NCBI GenBank assembly: GCA_964035545.1
Contig: OZ037766.1
Coordinates: 9,042,722 to 9,106,721 of the forward strand
Length of the DNA stretch: 64,000 nucleotides
Direction: 5' to 3'
Source of the DNA: Bugula neritina
Taxonomy: Eukaryota; Animalia; Bryozoa
Shown: positions 1 to 13,199 of the stretch, piece by piece
Layout of the letters: the number at the start of each line of letters is the position of its first letter
Position numbering within the stretch: position 1 is the stretch's first letter
The notes under the pieces: generated by a model
What the model was told of the DNA's origin: nothing
The model's input: only the letters and a program-made list of their open reading frames with translations
Database searches by the model: none
Program-made: the position numbers and the translations under genes

Positions 1-152
1 TTATCTTTGGCAGCAGTAAAACCATCACATTATGATGGCAAATTTAATAAAATTTTACGCATTTGGTAGCTATATACAGTCTCAATGAAATATAATGACA
101 ATTGCAAAATATACCAAACTAGTGCAGACTTATACATGTCATATTAATTTAC

Positions 153-2064
153 CTGGCAGTATATATATGAAAGCAGTAAATATGCAGAAAATAAACATTC
201 ATGGTGTCCTGTAGTAAAGCTAACTGCAGGCTGAGACCACCAGGCAGTCCTATAATGCCAATTACCATAAGCACCCTATCAAAGTAGGATCCAGCTATCT
301 TTAGGTACTCTAAATAAAAAGCATTTTACATAAGCTACATGACATGGTGATTTTTGAATCAGTTTTCTTTTAGAAATAGATCAACATAAAGCTAATTACA
401 TTAGTATTTATTAGTTATGTTAAAAACTGAAAAGAGCTCACCTGACCACAGCCATATATGGTACATGAAAAATCTACCAAGAAACACCGTGAGTTTTCCA
501 TTTAGTTTCAGCCCTGCAGGAACATCCATTAGCCACTCGAGTAACCAAATCATCTTTATGACCACCCACTATACAGTAGAAAGCACAAATCTCTTTCATT
601 GAATGTAGCTGAGCACAATGAACAAACGAAACATTACAATTGCACACGACAATATTACATTACAATTCACGATGCTGTACTCACACCAAAGAACAATTTT
701 GGGTATAGCTCAGGTAATTAATGTTTATACATTTACCTCCGTATACTGAAACAGTTCTGAAGAGAAAGCAGATCCATACAAAAGAAATAGAGTCAGTAAC
801 ACAGTGCCTAGCAGTATGTTGATGATACCATTTATCAACCATTGCCAGCATCTACATATGTTATATAACATACACAGTAAATATGAAGGATATCATTCGC
901 AGCTGAGAGTGAAATGTGTCGGCCAGCTAAGCAAGTCACAGACATACTATATCTACTTTACAGTGGAAAAACTATATATATAGTTTTAATGTAACTTAAA
1001 TTCTCTGTAAAAGTAATAAATCAAAACAATACAATTAATTGCAAGCCCATTTTATAAGCATGGTTATACCAACTTAATAAGGATATAAGGCATTTTTACT
1101 GCACTGAGTTCTTTATAATTAAAATTCTACAAAAACTTTTTCTCACAAGCTGCAAGAGAGTAAAAAAGTAACTTATCTTTAGTAGGCTTAGAACTCTTAT
1201 AGCACCTGCTCACTTAAAAGCATTAAGTAATCTCTTATATATTACACCACCTTACTAACTTGTGAGACGGAAGTACAACAATGAGCTTACCAAAGAGTTA
1301 TTATCCACTATGCAAAGCAGCTCTTGACTTATAATTTACATAGGTACTATAGGCTCTTACACTATAATAATTAATAATAATATTTTTCCATTTAATCTAC
1401 CTGAAATTTGTTCCGCAGAAGCAGTCTCCTGTTTGAATTCTTGTTGCATTGTTCAATTGATCGCTCTTGAGTGATAATTCATTGAATGTGGCTGAGATGT
1501 TAAATAAATATTCAGGAACGGCAAATACTCTACAATCAGAATCCTTAACGATTCAAACCTGTTCACTTGGCAACTGGTTTCTAAAATTGATTAGAATAAC
1601 AAAATGAAAATTAGCTACACAAAAAATAATTCAAGAGCTTACTTGCTGGGTTTTGCACTATCTAGAAATGTGCACAAAGTGCATGGAAATGATAGCCTTT
1701 TAGTTTGTGTAGAAGGACAACTGCACGTACGTATGCATATATCATCGGAGAGCTTATTGAAAGGCAACCCTGTGCTTGATAAACCTTTGGTTGAATGCAA
1801 AATAATATTTAAAGAGCTTTGCAAAGAATATTTGCAGCTAATTATTCTTTTGGTAGTTGAATTGACAAAAATAAAAATAGAATGTGAGGCTTCTTGACAA
1901 TCATTCTCTAAAACTTTAAAAAAATTTATTTTGCCATTGGTAACATTATAACAGAAAGGATCTTGTGCATAAATAATGCTATCTGCATGAGTAAAGGTCA
2001 GCTCAATACAGCCATCGCTGTCGGCTAATCCATGAATTGTAGAGTCTTGTATAACTAAATTCAT
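153..2064 (-). CDS. PIGQ: Phosphatidylinositol N-acetylglucosaminyltransferase subunit Q (Gpi1), 5' part; gene continues beyond the left edge. Exons approx 2064-1643, 1529-1401, 851-737, 568-442, 309-153
   Basis: Spliced translation contains [30 protein letters not shown] and [11 protein letters not shown], matching the Gpi1/PIG-Q motifs WLMGxPAGLK..LGRFF.YHI.LW and HIYCFYVY.AR. GT-AG sites keep phase. The N-terminal exons are less certain. A probable non-coding first exon ends at the donor at 2825/2824. Confidence 0.88.
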
Positions 2065-3504
2065 TCCCACCTGAAAGAGAACAAAATATGAATAGATACG
2101 AACAGTACACATATATCTATAATAATACATTAATGTGCATAAAACTAGGTACTATTTTGTTTATCTCAATGTTTGAAATACATGCATGTCGTTTTAGACA
2201 GCAACTACTTTATGGAACTTGAACATCAACCTTTTATTTGGAGAAATCTAATCAGTTGGAATAACTCAATAATTAAATAAAGTTGATTTGAAGAAGTACT
2301 ATAATTAGTCTTTTGAATCAATTGCTTAGAATAAAAACTGCTCAAATATAGATACATAGAAACTACTTAATCACTGAACAAATTTTTATAATCAATGATT
2401 TTTGTTGAATAAATATAAAGTACTAAGCTATTAACTTACACAACTAAAAATTTCACATTAGTATACTTAAACTTGTATTTGGGCACTAGTTGCAGTTGTA
2501 GTTGCTTAAAGTTAATGGGGGTAAAAATGTTTTTTGTTATTTAAAATAATAATTAGCAACCCAACTAAATAAATCAAAGTAGTAATAAAAAATTATCAAC
2601 AAAATTAACTTCAAGACTAAATGAGTAAACTTAAACAGTAAACTTAAAGTGATCATTCCAATTTATTCCCCATTTGCTTAGTAAAAGAGCCACTTACTTT
2701 TAATTTAATATTCTTACGAGCTAATACTTGACTAAAAACATTTTCACTGTGGGTTGCTGCAGACAATCACAATGCTAATTCTAATTCTTGCAGTTGCTAT
2801 ATATTGGACTTTTTTCTTTCTTACCGGAGATGCTCATAATGTGTTTCTCAAGGGCTCGCTGTGCGGAAATAGCAGCATACGATAGTTTTGGGTAAGATAA
2901 CTCTATGTATAAAACATTGCATAATTTGTTACCAAATCTTAGTATAACCTTAGAGTTGTATTTTTAAAAGTGATAATTATAATGGTGTGCCTTTATATAA
3001 TAATCTTTCTGTGGATAGTCTGCAGTTTTATATAATCTATTAAAGCTTTTTAGGAAGTCTACAGTGATTTTGTAATCTACCAACTTTACACACCTCCAAA
3101 CACAATTTACAGATTGGGAATATCTGCTGCGGATCATTACCATTTCAAGATCTACAACTCATAATTCTCAACAATTGCCAACTTTTACAGCACTCAAATA
3201 TGTACTTCGCTACTCCACAATCACAATAAAAGTTGACTATATTTTTATGTTTATTTGAACAATGTATCAAGCTAACAATTATACTAACAATAGCACAGAA
3301 GTTTTCCAAAAACTAGTCTATGCATGCTGTGTTGTGTAGGGAATCTACATAAAGGCATACAATCTACATTATAAATGTATAAATCTATATTAAGAATACA
3401 CTGGCAAAAGAAATATGCAACTTTTTATAGCTGTATAATATCAGCTTGTATAAAATAGGTAACCCTAGAAACAACCTATATTAATATACACAACTAAAAG
3501 AGAC

Positions 3505-6500
3505 TCAGTCTTCATCTTTTCCGGTGATTGTAGGTTTTTCTACATCTGATTCTTTGTAATGGCTGAGAGTTCTGGCTGAAGGGTCAGTAGCACCAATCCA
3601 TTTTGGCATCCACATGTATGGTGTCAGGTGAGCTCTAGAATATACAAAACACTATAGTGAAACCCTTGTTACTACAGTGTGACACTTGCTACTACGGTAT
3701 CACACTTACTACTACAGTGATACCCTTGCTACTAAAGTGTGACACTTGCTACTACAGTGTGACACTTGCTACTACAGTGTGACACTTGCTACTACAGTGT
3801 GACACTTGCTACTATAATATTACAAATGTGCATAACTAAAAAAACATAAGTTTACATTCGGGTGCAGTAATAGAGAAATCTCATTTAAGTTCTTTAATTC
3901 TCAAAACGAATTTTTGTCTATGATGCAAGTTGAAATTCTGGCAAAAATTTCTTTTGCTAAAAAATAACAGGCGCAACTATGAGCGAATGCCCGGCCTGAA
4001 ATCCCTATGAGCAATTGGGAATGGGACTATGGCATAGGCCCTATAGAACATGCTCTTAATAAGCCAACACTCTACCAACTGGGCCAAAGCTGCATGTGAG
4101 TTACTAAACTAAATGTTTGGTTTTTATTGGATTCTATAATTTGGATAAAACAGTTTTAGTATGAGTCTCTCTAACAGCCATCTATGTTTTACTTACATCA
4201 TTTAAAAAATAATTGTTGGTATAATAAACTGATGCATATTTTTTCTAGTTGCTTAAAATTTGAAACTATGCCAACGCTGTTGATTTTTATTGCGAAAGTT
4301 CAACTTTATTTCTCTGAGTGTAAAGTAGAGCTCTGGAGCTCAACAAAAGTTACTCTGCTAGTACCATTATCATCGGATAAAATCCATTTGCTCTGCGCCT
4401 AAAATGATGTCATACAGGGTTGTGGACAAACTTGAGCGTTGCATAAAAAGTTATAGAGTTCTGTTACTGTGAAGGATAAAAGAAATTGTATATACACACT
4501 AGTCACATGATTTACTTACTAGTTACAGGATTTATTGGCTATGCAAAGGTTAAGTTTTAAATGGCTGCAGCATATTGAGAATCAGCATTCAATTTCAGTT
4601 GCTAAATGAGTTTAGTAAAATTTTGTTTTTATTCACAATAAGTTTTTTAAGTTAAAGCAACAAATTTGGAGTATACAAACTCACTGGTCAGCGAAGTAGC
4701 TTTCAAAGACCTGTCTATAATAATACCCCTCTTTCGAGAGTGGAGTGTTCATTGGATATGTCTCAGATGCAGAGGCCAAATCTTGATCAGAAATCTAAAA
4801 TTGATACTTGAATTAATAATAACTATATGTTGTGCATAACAAATTTTCAGTTAGCAAAAGACCTTTTAACTAAAATACAACAATTGTAAAAACAATACAT
4901 GTATGGGTATTTTGTAGACAGACATAGCTCAGTTGCTTAGTGAGTAGAGTATTACTTACTGTCTTTTCAAAATTTTCTTGGATAATCTCAAACCAAGACT
5001 TTTTCTTAGAAGAAACACCGTCACTAAACGCCTCTTTAGGTCTCCACAAAATATCATCAGGGATCAGATCTAATCCAGTGAATGATGATCGTAGGAGGTG
5101 TTTCTCCACTCCTTCTTGTGGCTGCCTTGAGGCAGCTGGTAATGACAGGTAGTAAGATGTAAACTGATGATCAAGAAATGGTACTCGCAGCTCTAACCTA
5201 AAATAGGATTACAAGACCATGAAAAGTATGAATTATAAGAAAACTTTAGAAAAACATATAATTTGGTTAGTACAAAATACTACAATGATGTCATTTTAGC
5301 TATTAACTTATCACTAACAGTGTTGCAATTTTAAACCAACAAAATCTTTAATTTCAAAACAATAAATTTTAAAGAAATTTATGTGCAACCTACACAAATA
5401 TTTGAAGTCAACTTATGCAATGAAATACTGAGCTTTTGATGCAGTTATAAAGCTGATACACTTACAAAAAATGAGAATAAAATTGTATTCCACTGAGATA
5501 TCACAGTTATTACTCATAATTTTCCTAGCCTAAAAATGTTATCTATTTCAGCTTTAAACTTGGTTAAATGTGTTTGTTTACAGCCTGAAATGAGAAGAAT
5601 TGAGACTAAGCTTGAGTATAAACAGCAGCTGTGTTGAGTAGGAAGAGAAGGCTAGAATGGTATGGGGATGCACGCAGGAGAAAAAAAAGAGAACTTAAAG
5701 AGAGTTAGTACATTGAGTATTGAAGGCTAGAGAAAAAAAGGAAGCCCTTGACCTAGGTAAATGTATACCATGGTATGAGAGCGTGGAAGTTAAATAGCAA
5801 TGATAGATAACAGAGTTAGATAGGACCACCCGAAAAGACTAAAACAGCTATACAATGAGAAATGGTGAAAAATGATGAGAAACAGTGAGAAATATATTTG
5901 CCTACAAACATACCCATGTGCTGCTGTAGTTCGATCAGCTCTCAAATTATCATACAAGTATAAATCAGAGAGAAGTCGTCTGCTCTCAATATCTGCATCT
6001 TCAGGTGTTGGTGCTTTATGGAAGTAGATGTAGCCTTGGGCCACCTCATCAGCCCCTTCTCCAGAGAATATGATGATGTTATCTGTTTTAGTGCTGATGT
6101 ACTTAGACAGCAGGTACATTCCTGCAAGTATAAACTCATGCTAGTATGGGCTGACATAGTCTGAGATGAGGTGACAACACTTTTTACATATAATTCATTG
6201 ATATTGTAATAAATGTGTTGACAAATGCAACTGTTCCATTAGCCAACAGGACTATTGTGTTCTGAGCCACTATTTTTAAGTTATTTTCTGAACTGTTTGA
6301 AAACTTGGCATTGTCTACAGCAAAGCATGTCAACATATGTTCAAACTTCACTGCTTAGCTTATTTTCTTCATTGTAATGAGAACCTTGTAAACACAAATT
6401 ATATGTTATTTATGTGCAATATAGTGGGTGTTGATTTATATATTTTAGTAGTTGACAGGATTGATTATATATGGATTGCATAAACTGTATCTGCCAGAAT

Positions 6501-9500
6501 TGAATAACATACCATTTACAGTTAATATGGTTTGTCGGGTGCACAGGGGTTACATAATCTAATGTACTTGCTGAGTTAAACTTTTCTAAGATGAAAACTT
6601 ACCAACTGAAGCTCTAGTAGTAGTAATATCATAAGATTCATTGTGGTATATCACTTCTTTGATGGCTTCTAAACCTTCTTGAGCAGTAAATGAAACTTCA
6701 TGATGATCAGTGTCAAGATGCTCAGCTACCTGCAGGGAAGTGTCATGCCAATATTACACAAGAAAAATCATATATTTCATAAAAATATTATGATGTCTAA
6801 ATGATATATATAATTAGGTAACTGAATATCACAAGTACATTAACATACTATAAACATTGAGCATATATAATTTTTTAGTATAATTATTACTTTTCTCGCT
6901 GCTGCTATATCTGGACTTCCATCCATACCAATAGCAAATGTTTGTATCTTGTAACCCAACTTCATTTCCTTGGCAACTTTACATACGAGTGCTGCCACTA
7001 AACTTGAATCTAAACCTCCGGAGAGGAGGCAGCCAATTCTTCTTACACCCATCATTCTCTTACGGACAGCTTCTGTCAGCAGTAGACGGACATTGTCCTC
7101 AGGGGAGGGAGCTACACCAGGTGGAGAAAAAATTTAGAAAACAAAGTTGATATGCATAATAAGGTTGCACTATCATAATACAAATCAGCTCCTTTTAATC
7201 TAGTATCATTATTCTAAGTCGATAGCAAGTACAATTTTGAATTTGATTTTTGACATTTTGAGTGTAACCTTCTACTAAAGGTGTAATTAGAGAATTTTTT
7301 TGTGGCTATCATGAAGTTTTAAAAAATTTTCCCCTATATTTAATTGTATTTTTCGCATCAAATTCCAAAGTAGATACACTCATAAATGATTGTACGAGTA
7401 TTGAGCTTGCAATATTTACTGTATATCATTTACTACAAGCTGGTGTATTTCTTACCAAGTTCTGTCATCTTAGTGGTATATCTAGGAGCTTGTCCAACAT
7501 CATGAAACTGTTTGTCAAAAACAAGAGAGACTTTGCCAGCTTCATCAACTGCATACTGACTTACGTGGCCGGGTGGGTATGGCTCTAGTTTCAGTTTGGT
7601 ATTGGTGGAACCATTGGATAAATCGACAATACCCTTTGCTTCAGAACTGATTGCTAGGAACCCATCAGTTGAAGAAGTCCTGTCAAATTTTCCATGTCAA
7701 AATTTATAGTAATTACTTGCTGCAGGATGTTACATAGATTATTTCAGTAACTTGGTGGTGCTGAAAATGTCTCAAGAGGTGAAGTATGTGTATCATAACG
7801 GCATGTGGTAACCTAATTGATAAATAATAACAATCCGGTTGCCTAGTCTAGTGAATGCCATCTAGCTTACAACTGGCTACACTTAGATCCTTGATTTTCA
7901 ACTTATGATTAATCATCTCTAAGTTCCATAAAGGAACTACTTCAGTTCAAACTTGAATATTAAAAATTTAGATGAATACCATGAATGATTGTCCATGTTG
8001 TTGTTGATAATCATTACACCCAGCAATCAACGACATGACAATAGCTGTAAAGTCGCCATACCTAAAAGCAGGTCTCACTCCATACGTATCTCTTCCAACC
8101 AACACCTGTCTTTTGTCAGTGTCAAGAATTGTGAATGCAAAGACACCATCTAAATGGGCTGCTGCAAACTCCACTCCTCCTAATGAAGAATACCAGGTGA
8201 TAATCTAATGAGATTATGAATGTATATGAATAACATTTATTTGCAGACCTTACCTAGATAGTTGATTTATAACTGTCTATCAACTTTTAATTTTGAAATG
8301 ATCTTATATTCTGAAAACAACAGATTGTTTTTATCAAAGTTTGCTCATGCGAAGTAAAGCTGAACCATTGTACTAAGCCTGTACAAGCATGATTTGGGAG
8401 AAAATCATCAAAGAAATACAATAATTAAACGCAGGAGCTAGAGTATATACTCGTAGAAGCAAAGGAAATTGTAATTGAAGCACCTGCAAACCAAAGCTTA
8501 ATATTTATACTACAAAGAGTTGTTTACTGGGCTACTAGTTAGCCTTTGTCTATTCTATTCTATGTTTATTATAGCGTGCAGACTCTAGTAGAGAGTGATT
8601 ATTTCAGTGAATAGAATACATTGAATGTATACAGCTATTTACTAAATCTTGTTTACTGAACTCAGAATATTCCATCAATATTATCTGGGTATGTTATAGA
8701 CCAGCAAGTGATAAACAAATAGCCTTATGTTATAATAAATAATCTGCCTAGGGGTATATAATAGACGTGCCATAAGTATATACTTTTCTTGACTATACAA
8801 TATACAATCTCTCACAGGGTTTTGTCAAATTAGTAAATTATAACAATATAGAACTGTAGTAGAATATAAACTTTGTGTGTGACCAGACTCTTTTATCATC
8901 ATAGAAATTTTCATGCAATCAGCCGTGAACTATATCAGTAACTATGGCTACAAGAATAACAATAGTGTACTTTAGAAATTGATAACACAGCAGAGGCACT
9001 TACCCTTCATGTACAAGTGAAGTATACACTCCCCATCTAGTCCGGTTTCATAGTCAAAGCCCATTTGCTCTCCTAGCTACATAATAAACAACTTGTTTTT
9101 GTCTGACTAGGCAGGTGCTGTGCTTTTCTCAAACAATGATTTGGAAATATGACCAAACATAAGCTTATTTGCTTTGAAATTTGTAAATTGTACGGTTATT
9201 TGTAGCTAGTAGATGAATACAGACTCTTACAAGGAATAGTAATTATAGTGTCACTTTAGTTTTATGTACTTTTGTGGGAGCTGGTCTTGGCTAGAATGCA
9301 CATGTTGCACTCTTACTGAGAAAAGTACTCTTATAATTTAAAGTCTAGAGTAATAATGCAGTAATAGTAAAATTAAGGACCTACTAGTTTGAAGTTGTAT
9401 ATTTCGCCGTTGTAACACAATACCAGGTGAGGAAACTTGTGAACTCTATAAGGCTGCATCCCTTGCAAATCATCCATAATGGCCAGGCGGTGGAAACCGA

Positions 9501-9633
9501 ATGCACAGTTTTGGAAATGGTTGACATTCTCGATTCTAAAGGCATCTGGCCCTCGGTGGCGAATTTTCAAACATGATGGTATCTTTTTAGATACATCTTG
9601 GTCTGAGCCAAAGATAGCCCAAATTCCACACAT
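3505..9633 (-). CDS. ASNS: Glutamine-hydrolysing asparagine synthetase, 10 coding exons (9633-9385, 9076-9004, 8179-8062, 7679-7456, 7111-6891, 6729-6603, 6121-5914, 5197-4960, 4794-4685, 3634-3505), about 565 aa
   Basis: N-terminal MCGI (Ntn glutaminase Cys2), [51 protein letters not shown] and WMPKW..TDPSAR. All introns are GT-AG with consistent phase; stop TGA at 3505-3507. Confidence 0.97.
3652..3815. repeat. 20-bp minisatellite (CTACAGTGTGACACTTGCTA) x about 8 in the last ASNS intron
   Basis: Directly visible tandem copies, several exact. Confidence 0.92.
4040..4092 (-). mobile_element. Possible tRNA-derived SINE head fragment
   Basis: The minus strand reads TGGCCCAGTTGGTAGAGTGTTGGCTTATTAA, resembling a tRNA D-arm/Pol III A box and anticodon arm. 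No intact B box or acceptor stem. Confidence 0.35.
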
Positions 9634-10532
9634 ATTTTACTTTTGCTACAACAAAATTGTATAAGCTATCTAACACTTGAGGTAGTTGTATTGCATATTG
9701 CATGCTAGTGTAATAGGGCATAGCAGCTAATCCATAGCGATAGTATTATATTGTATTATGCTGCTTTCCAATAGGTATAGTATAAGTATAGTCTTACTAT
9801 AAAAGGTGGGTGCAGCGAAGGAGAAATTGAGAAAAGCCTGTGCCTTAGAGTTAGATGATAAATAGCAAAATATAGCAAAGCCAAAAGAGGTTATGTTCTT
9901 ACAAGATTTTCAACCTACATCCTAAACTAAAATTCATTGACAAAAAAACTTAGAAATTTCTCCACCAGCGCACTGTAAACAGGGCACTGTAAGCCAATTT
10001 AAAAAAGCTCAAATGACTGACAAAACAAAGCACAACTTTGAATGAATCAACAGTTGAATGTAGCTTATCTTTTGTAGCTTGTTGGCATATAAGTTAATTC
10101 TATGTTTACGAAATAAAACAAAGAAAATTAGAAAAGAACTTTTCCAAATGTTTTCAAATATTAAGGCATTGTGATTGCTTGCTTAAAATTTTATCTTTTC
10201 GAAATTTGCTTTGTTAAAAAAACAAAATTACCATGGGGAATTTATTTTCATCGAATAACCTTATTCTGGGTTTATTATCTAATAATTAAAGACCTTTGGA
10301 CAAAATATTCTGCTACAATTGCTACCAGATATTAGTAAATTCTGCAAAGTTTCTTAAAGAAATAACTATAAACTTAAAGCTTGAAAAGCATTTCTAAATT
10401 CAACAGTTTTATTTCAAAAGATACGTAGATTACACTAATCTAATGCACAGCATACAGTACATGCCCCTAAAATATATTTACTACAAAAGTAACATCAAAA
10501 TAACATTACGAATATAGCGGTTAGCCACTCAC

Positions 10533-10745
10533 CTCTCACCAAACAACACTGCCTACAAATAATTATGAGGAAAGGACGCCAAGCCACTAAGTGCAATAGT
10601 CTATTGTACGTGATTTATATACTCCGAGACTGGCGTAGTACAACACTACAACCCATTATATCAACGTATTGATTAGTCAGAAAAGGATGATGAAATGCCC
10701 ATATTGTTTTCTATGATTGGTCGAAGGAGCATGATGAAATGCATC
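10533..10745 (-). promoter_or_regulatory. ASNS core promoter and non-coding exon 1: donor GAG|GTGAGT at 10533/10532, Inr-like TTAGT (+1 about 10588), TATATAAA 10621-10614, CCAAT 10720-10716, two TGATGAAAT C/EBP-ATF elements (10688-10696, 10732-10740)
   Basis: TATAAA begins 31 nt upstream of the Inr adenine. The 12-mer ATGATGAAATGC occurs twice, 44 bp apart, and fits the CARE consensus TGATGxAAx. Confidence 0.72.
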
Positions 10746-12942
10746 TAGCCCATTGTTATTATAAGCTAGTCCAACAGTACTAATATCAAAATAATTGTCT
10801 ACCAAAACGGATACAAATAAAAACAGATAGTAAAGTACATGTACTCAAAGTTGAATATATTCAAAGTTGCCTATGGATAAACAACCGAAACTACGAAAGT
10901 TAGTAATGTGAGATAGTCCTTATATTGTTTCAGGGGAAAGCAATTGTACCCAAAGATGCAGGTCTGCTATCATTTAATTTAATTATTGAAGTATAAATAT
11001 GCCAGATCAGAGAATACATAGTGTTTTGTGTTTTTGCAGAGTAGATACTGTACAATAATGTAATATATTTACAGAGAATAATATGCTGGTAATGATTATA
11101 GTAGAGTTAACAATTTGAGTAGGCTATGTGTGGTAAATAGTTTGCCAAGTAAATGTAATTTGATAGTGGTAGTAAATTATAATTTAATTCCCAGAAAGTC
11201 AGAGTTCTTGGAAAGTGTGCTATTCTTGAGACAGTAAATGATTATAGATGTATGAGGTCTTCTTTCCTTTTTTTATGTTTAACTCTTACTTCTGTATTTC
11301 ACAAGTTATACCTTTTAGATATTCCACCAGCTCGCTGAAATATGGCTCCGTTGATTCTGAGGTTTGCCTGTCTCATTGAAACTTTCAGTGAGATGACTGT
11401 TGTGACAGATTGACGTAACTGTAAATTATTATACCTGCTCCGTCACGGTATGTAGACTACACTGTATCTACAAAATTCAAGAAAGACTATGGAATACATA
11501 TTCTGAAAGCAAAGACTTGTTACTTGAGTACAGGTGAAATTGAAACTTGTACTCAAATTTAAATGAGCTAGACGCCATGATGCTACATGGAAATTGCTTT
11601 AAACAAGAAATGCATTAATATACTAAAAGTAGGATAATGCAAATATAATATGCTTAGTAATATGGTATTATACAAGTAATTGTGGTATAGGGATAATTAC
11701 ATGTTTTGTTCACATGTTGGGATTTGTAATTTTTAACAATAATTGTAACATTGTAACATTAATTGGTAAACAAACATAAATGAAACTGAGACATATATAT
11801 TTATTCAGTCATACTAACATATGGATGATATTTAATATTCATTATATGCTTGATGAATTATACATAAATTACTATCATTTAGCGAGCACACTTTTATTTT
11901 AATTCACGTTTTAGCTTTTAGCAACTGAAACTGAAACTGAAACAGTTTCATATAGTTTGCATTTATTTCATTTCTTTTGAATTTGGTTATTATAATAATT
12001 TTATTGCTCTTATAATTTTTGTTTTCATATTCTTATCAAATAGATATTCTAAACGTATACAAATTTAATAGTTTCATTCATTTCCGGAGAGGCAGGTCTA
12101 AATTTGTCTCATGAAATTTCTAACCTGAGTGCTACCATTACACAATATACATAGAACCACACATATTGTTTATGCATGAATAATGTTGCCAAACCAAACC
12201 ATAAATAAACATTTGTCGAGCGAAGATGATTCCTATCTTCATTCCATAGTTACATGTATGCAAACTGGATTGCACACACAACATTTTAAAAGCAAAATTA
12301 TCAAGCAATATCTAAATTATGAAAAAAATTCCTCTGATCAACTCCACCAAGAAATTATCAAGTGAAAATTTATTTTATTTGAATAAAAAATTTATTTATT
12401 TATTTTTTTATTTTCGTTTGACAATTAGTATCAATTAACTTGCATGAAACCTTGGTAAAAAATTTTGTGGCAAGAAGTTACAGTTGTTAAGTCTGGCAGC
12501 TTCTTTGGCGAAAGTTCTCACCAGCAGGAGCACTAGAACAAAAATGCTGCAACATTATAGGTAACAGCTGCTTCATTTTTAGCACTGTTGCAAACTTGAG
12601 TTTTATAGCAGATATCATACAGCATTACAAAATACAAGCCCGGTAATTTACTAGCAAAAATACTTGAGCAATTGATGCAGCCAAGTGTTTTCGGAATATC
12701 TAATTAAAACAACTTTCTTTGAAGTCACTAAATTTAAGCAAAACAAAAATTCTGGTTTGCTGAAAATTTTGAAATGTTTAAGCACTTGATATTGCAGTTC
12801 TTTCCATTACTCAGCTGCCATTTATTTAGATTTATATTAGTCTACCACAAACATAATTATAACTTTCACTTGCATACTTAGCCCCGCATAGATAGAATAT
12901 GGATCGATGTCCATCCGTTGTTAAAAGATTTTGTTTGTAAAG

Positions 12943-13183
<241 letters not shown>

Positions 13184-13199
13184 CTTTTATGCTCATAAA

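Noticed and set aside
1553-1555. In-frame TGA in PIGQ if the acceptor at 1581 is used (possible selenocysteine, readthrough or pseudogene)
   Set aside because: A downstream acceptor (TCTGATTGTAG, exon start 1529) has the correct phase and skips the TGA, and no SECIS evidence is visible. RNA-seq would settle it.
3652-3815. CRISPR-like appearance of short regular repeats (also 31705-31975)
   Set aside because: Head-to-tail repeats without unique spacers, in eukaryotic introns, with no cas genes
4040-4092. Functional tRNA gene
   Set aside because: Only an A-box/D-arm-like half; no T-arm GTTCRA or acceptor stem pairing
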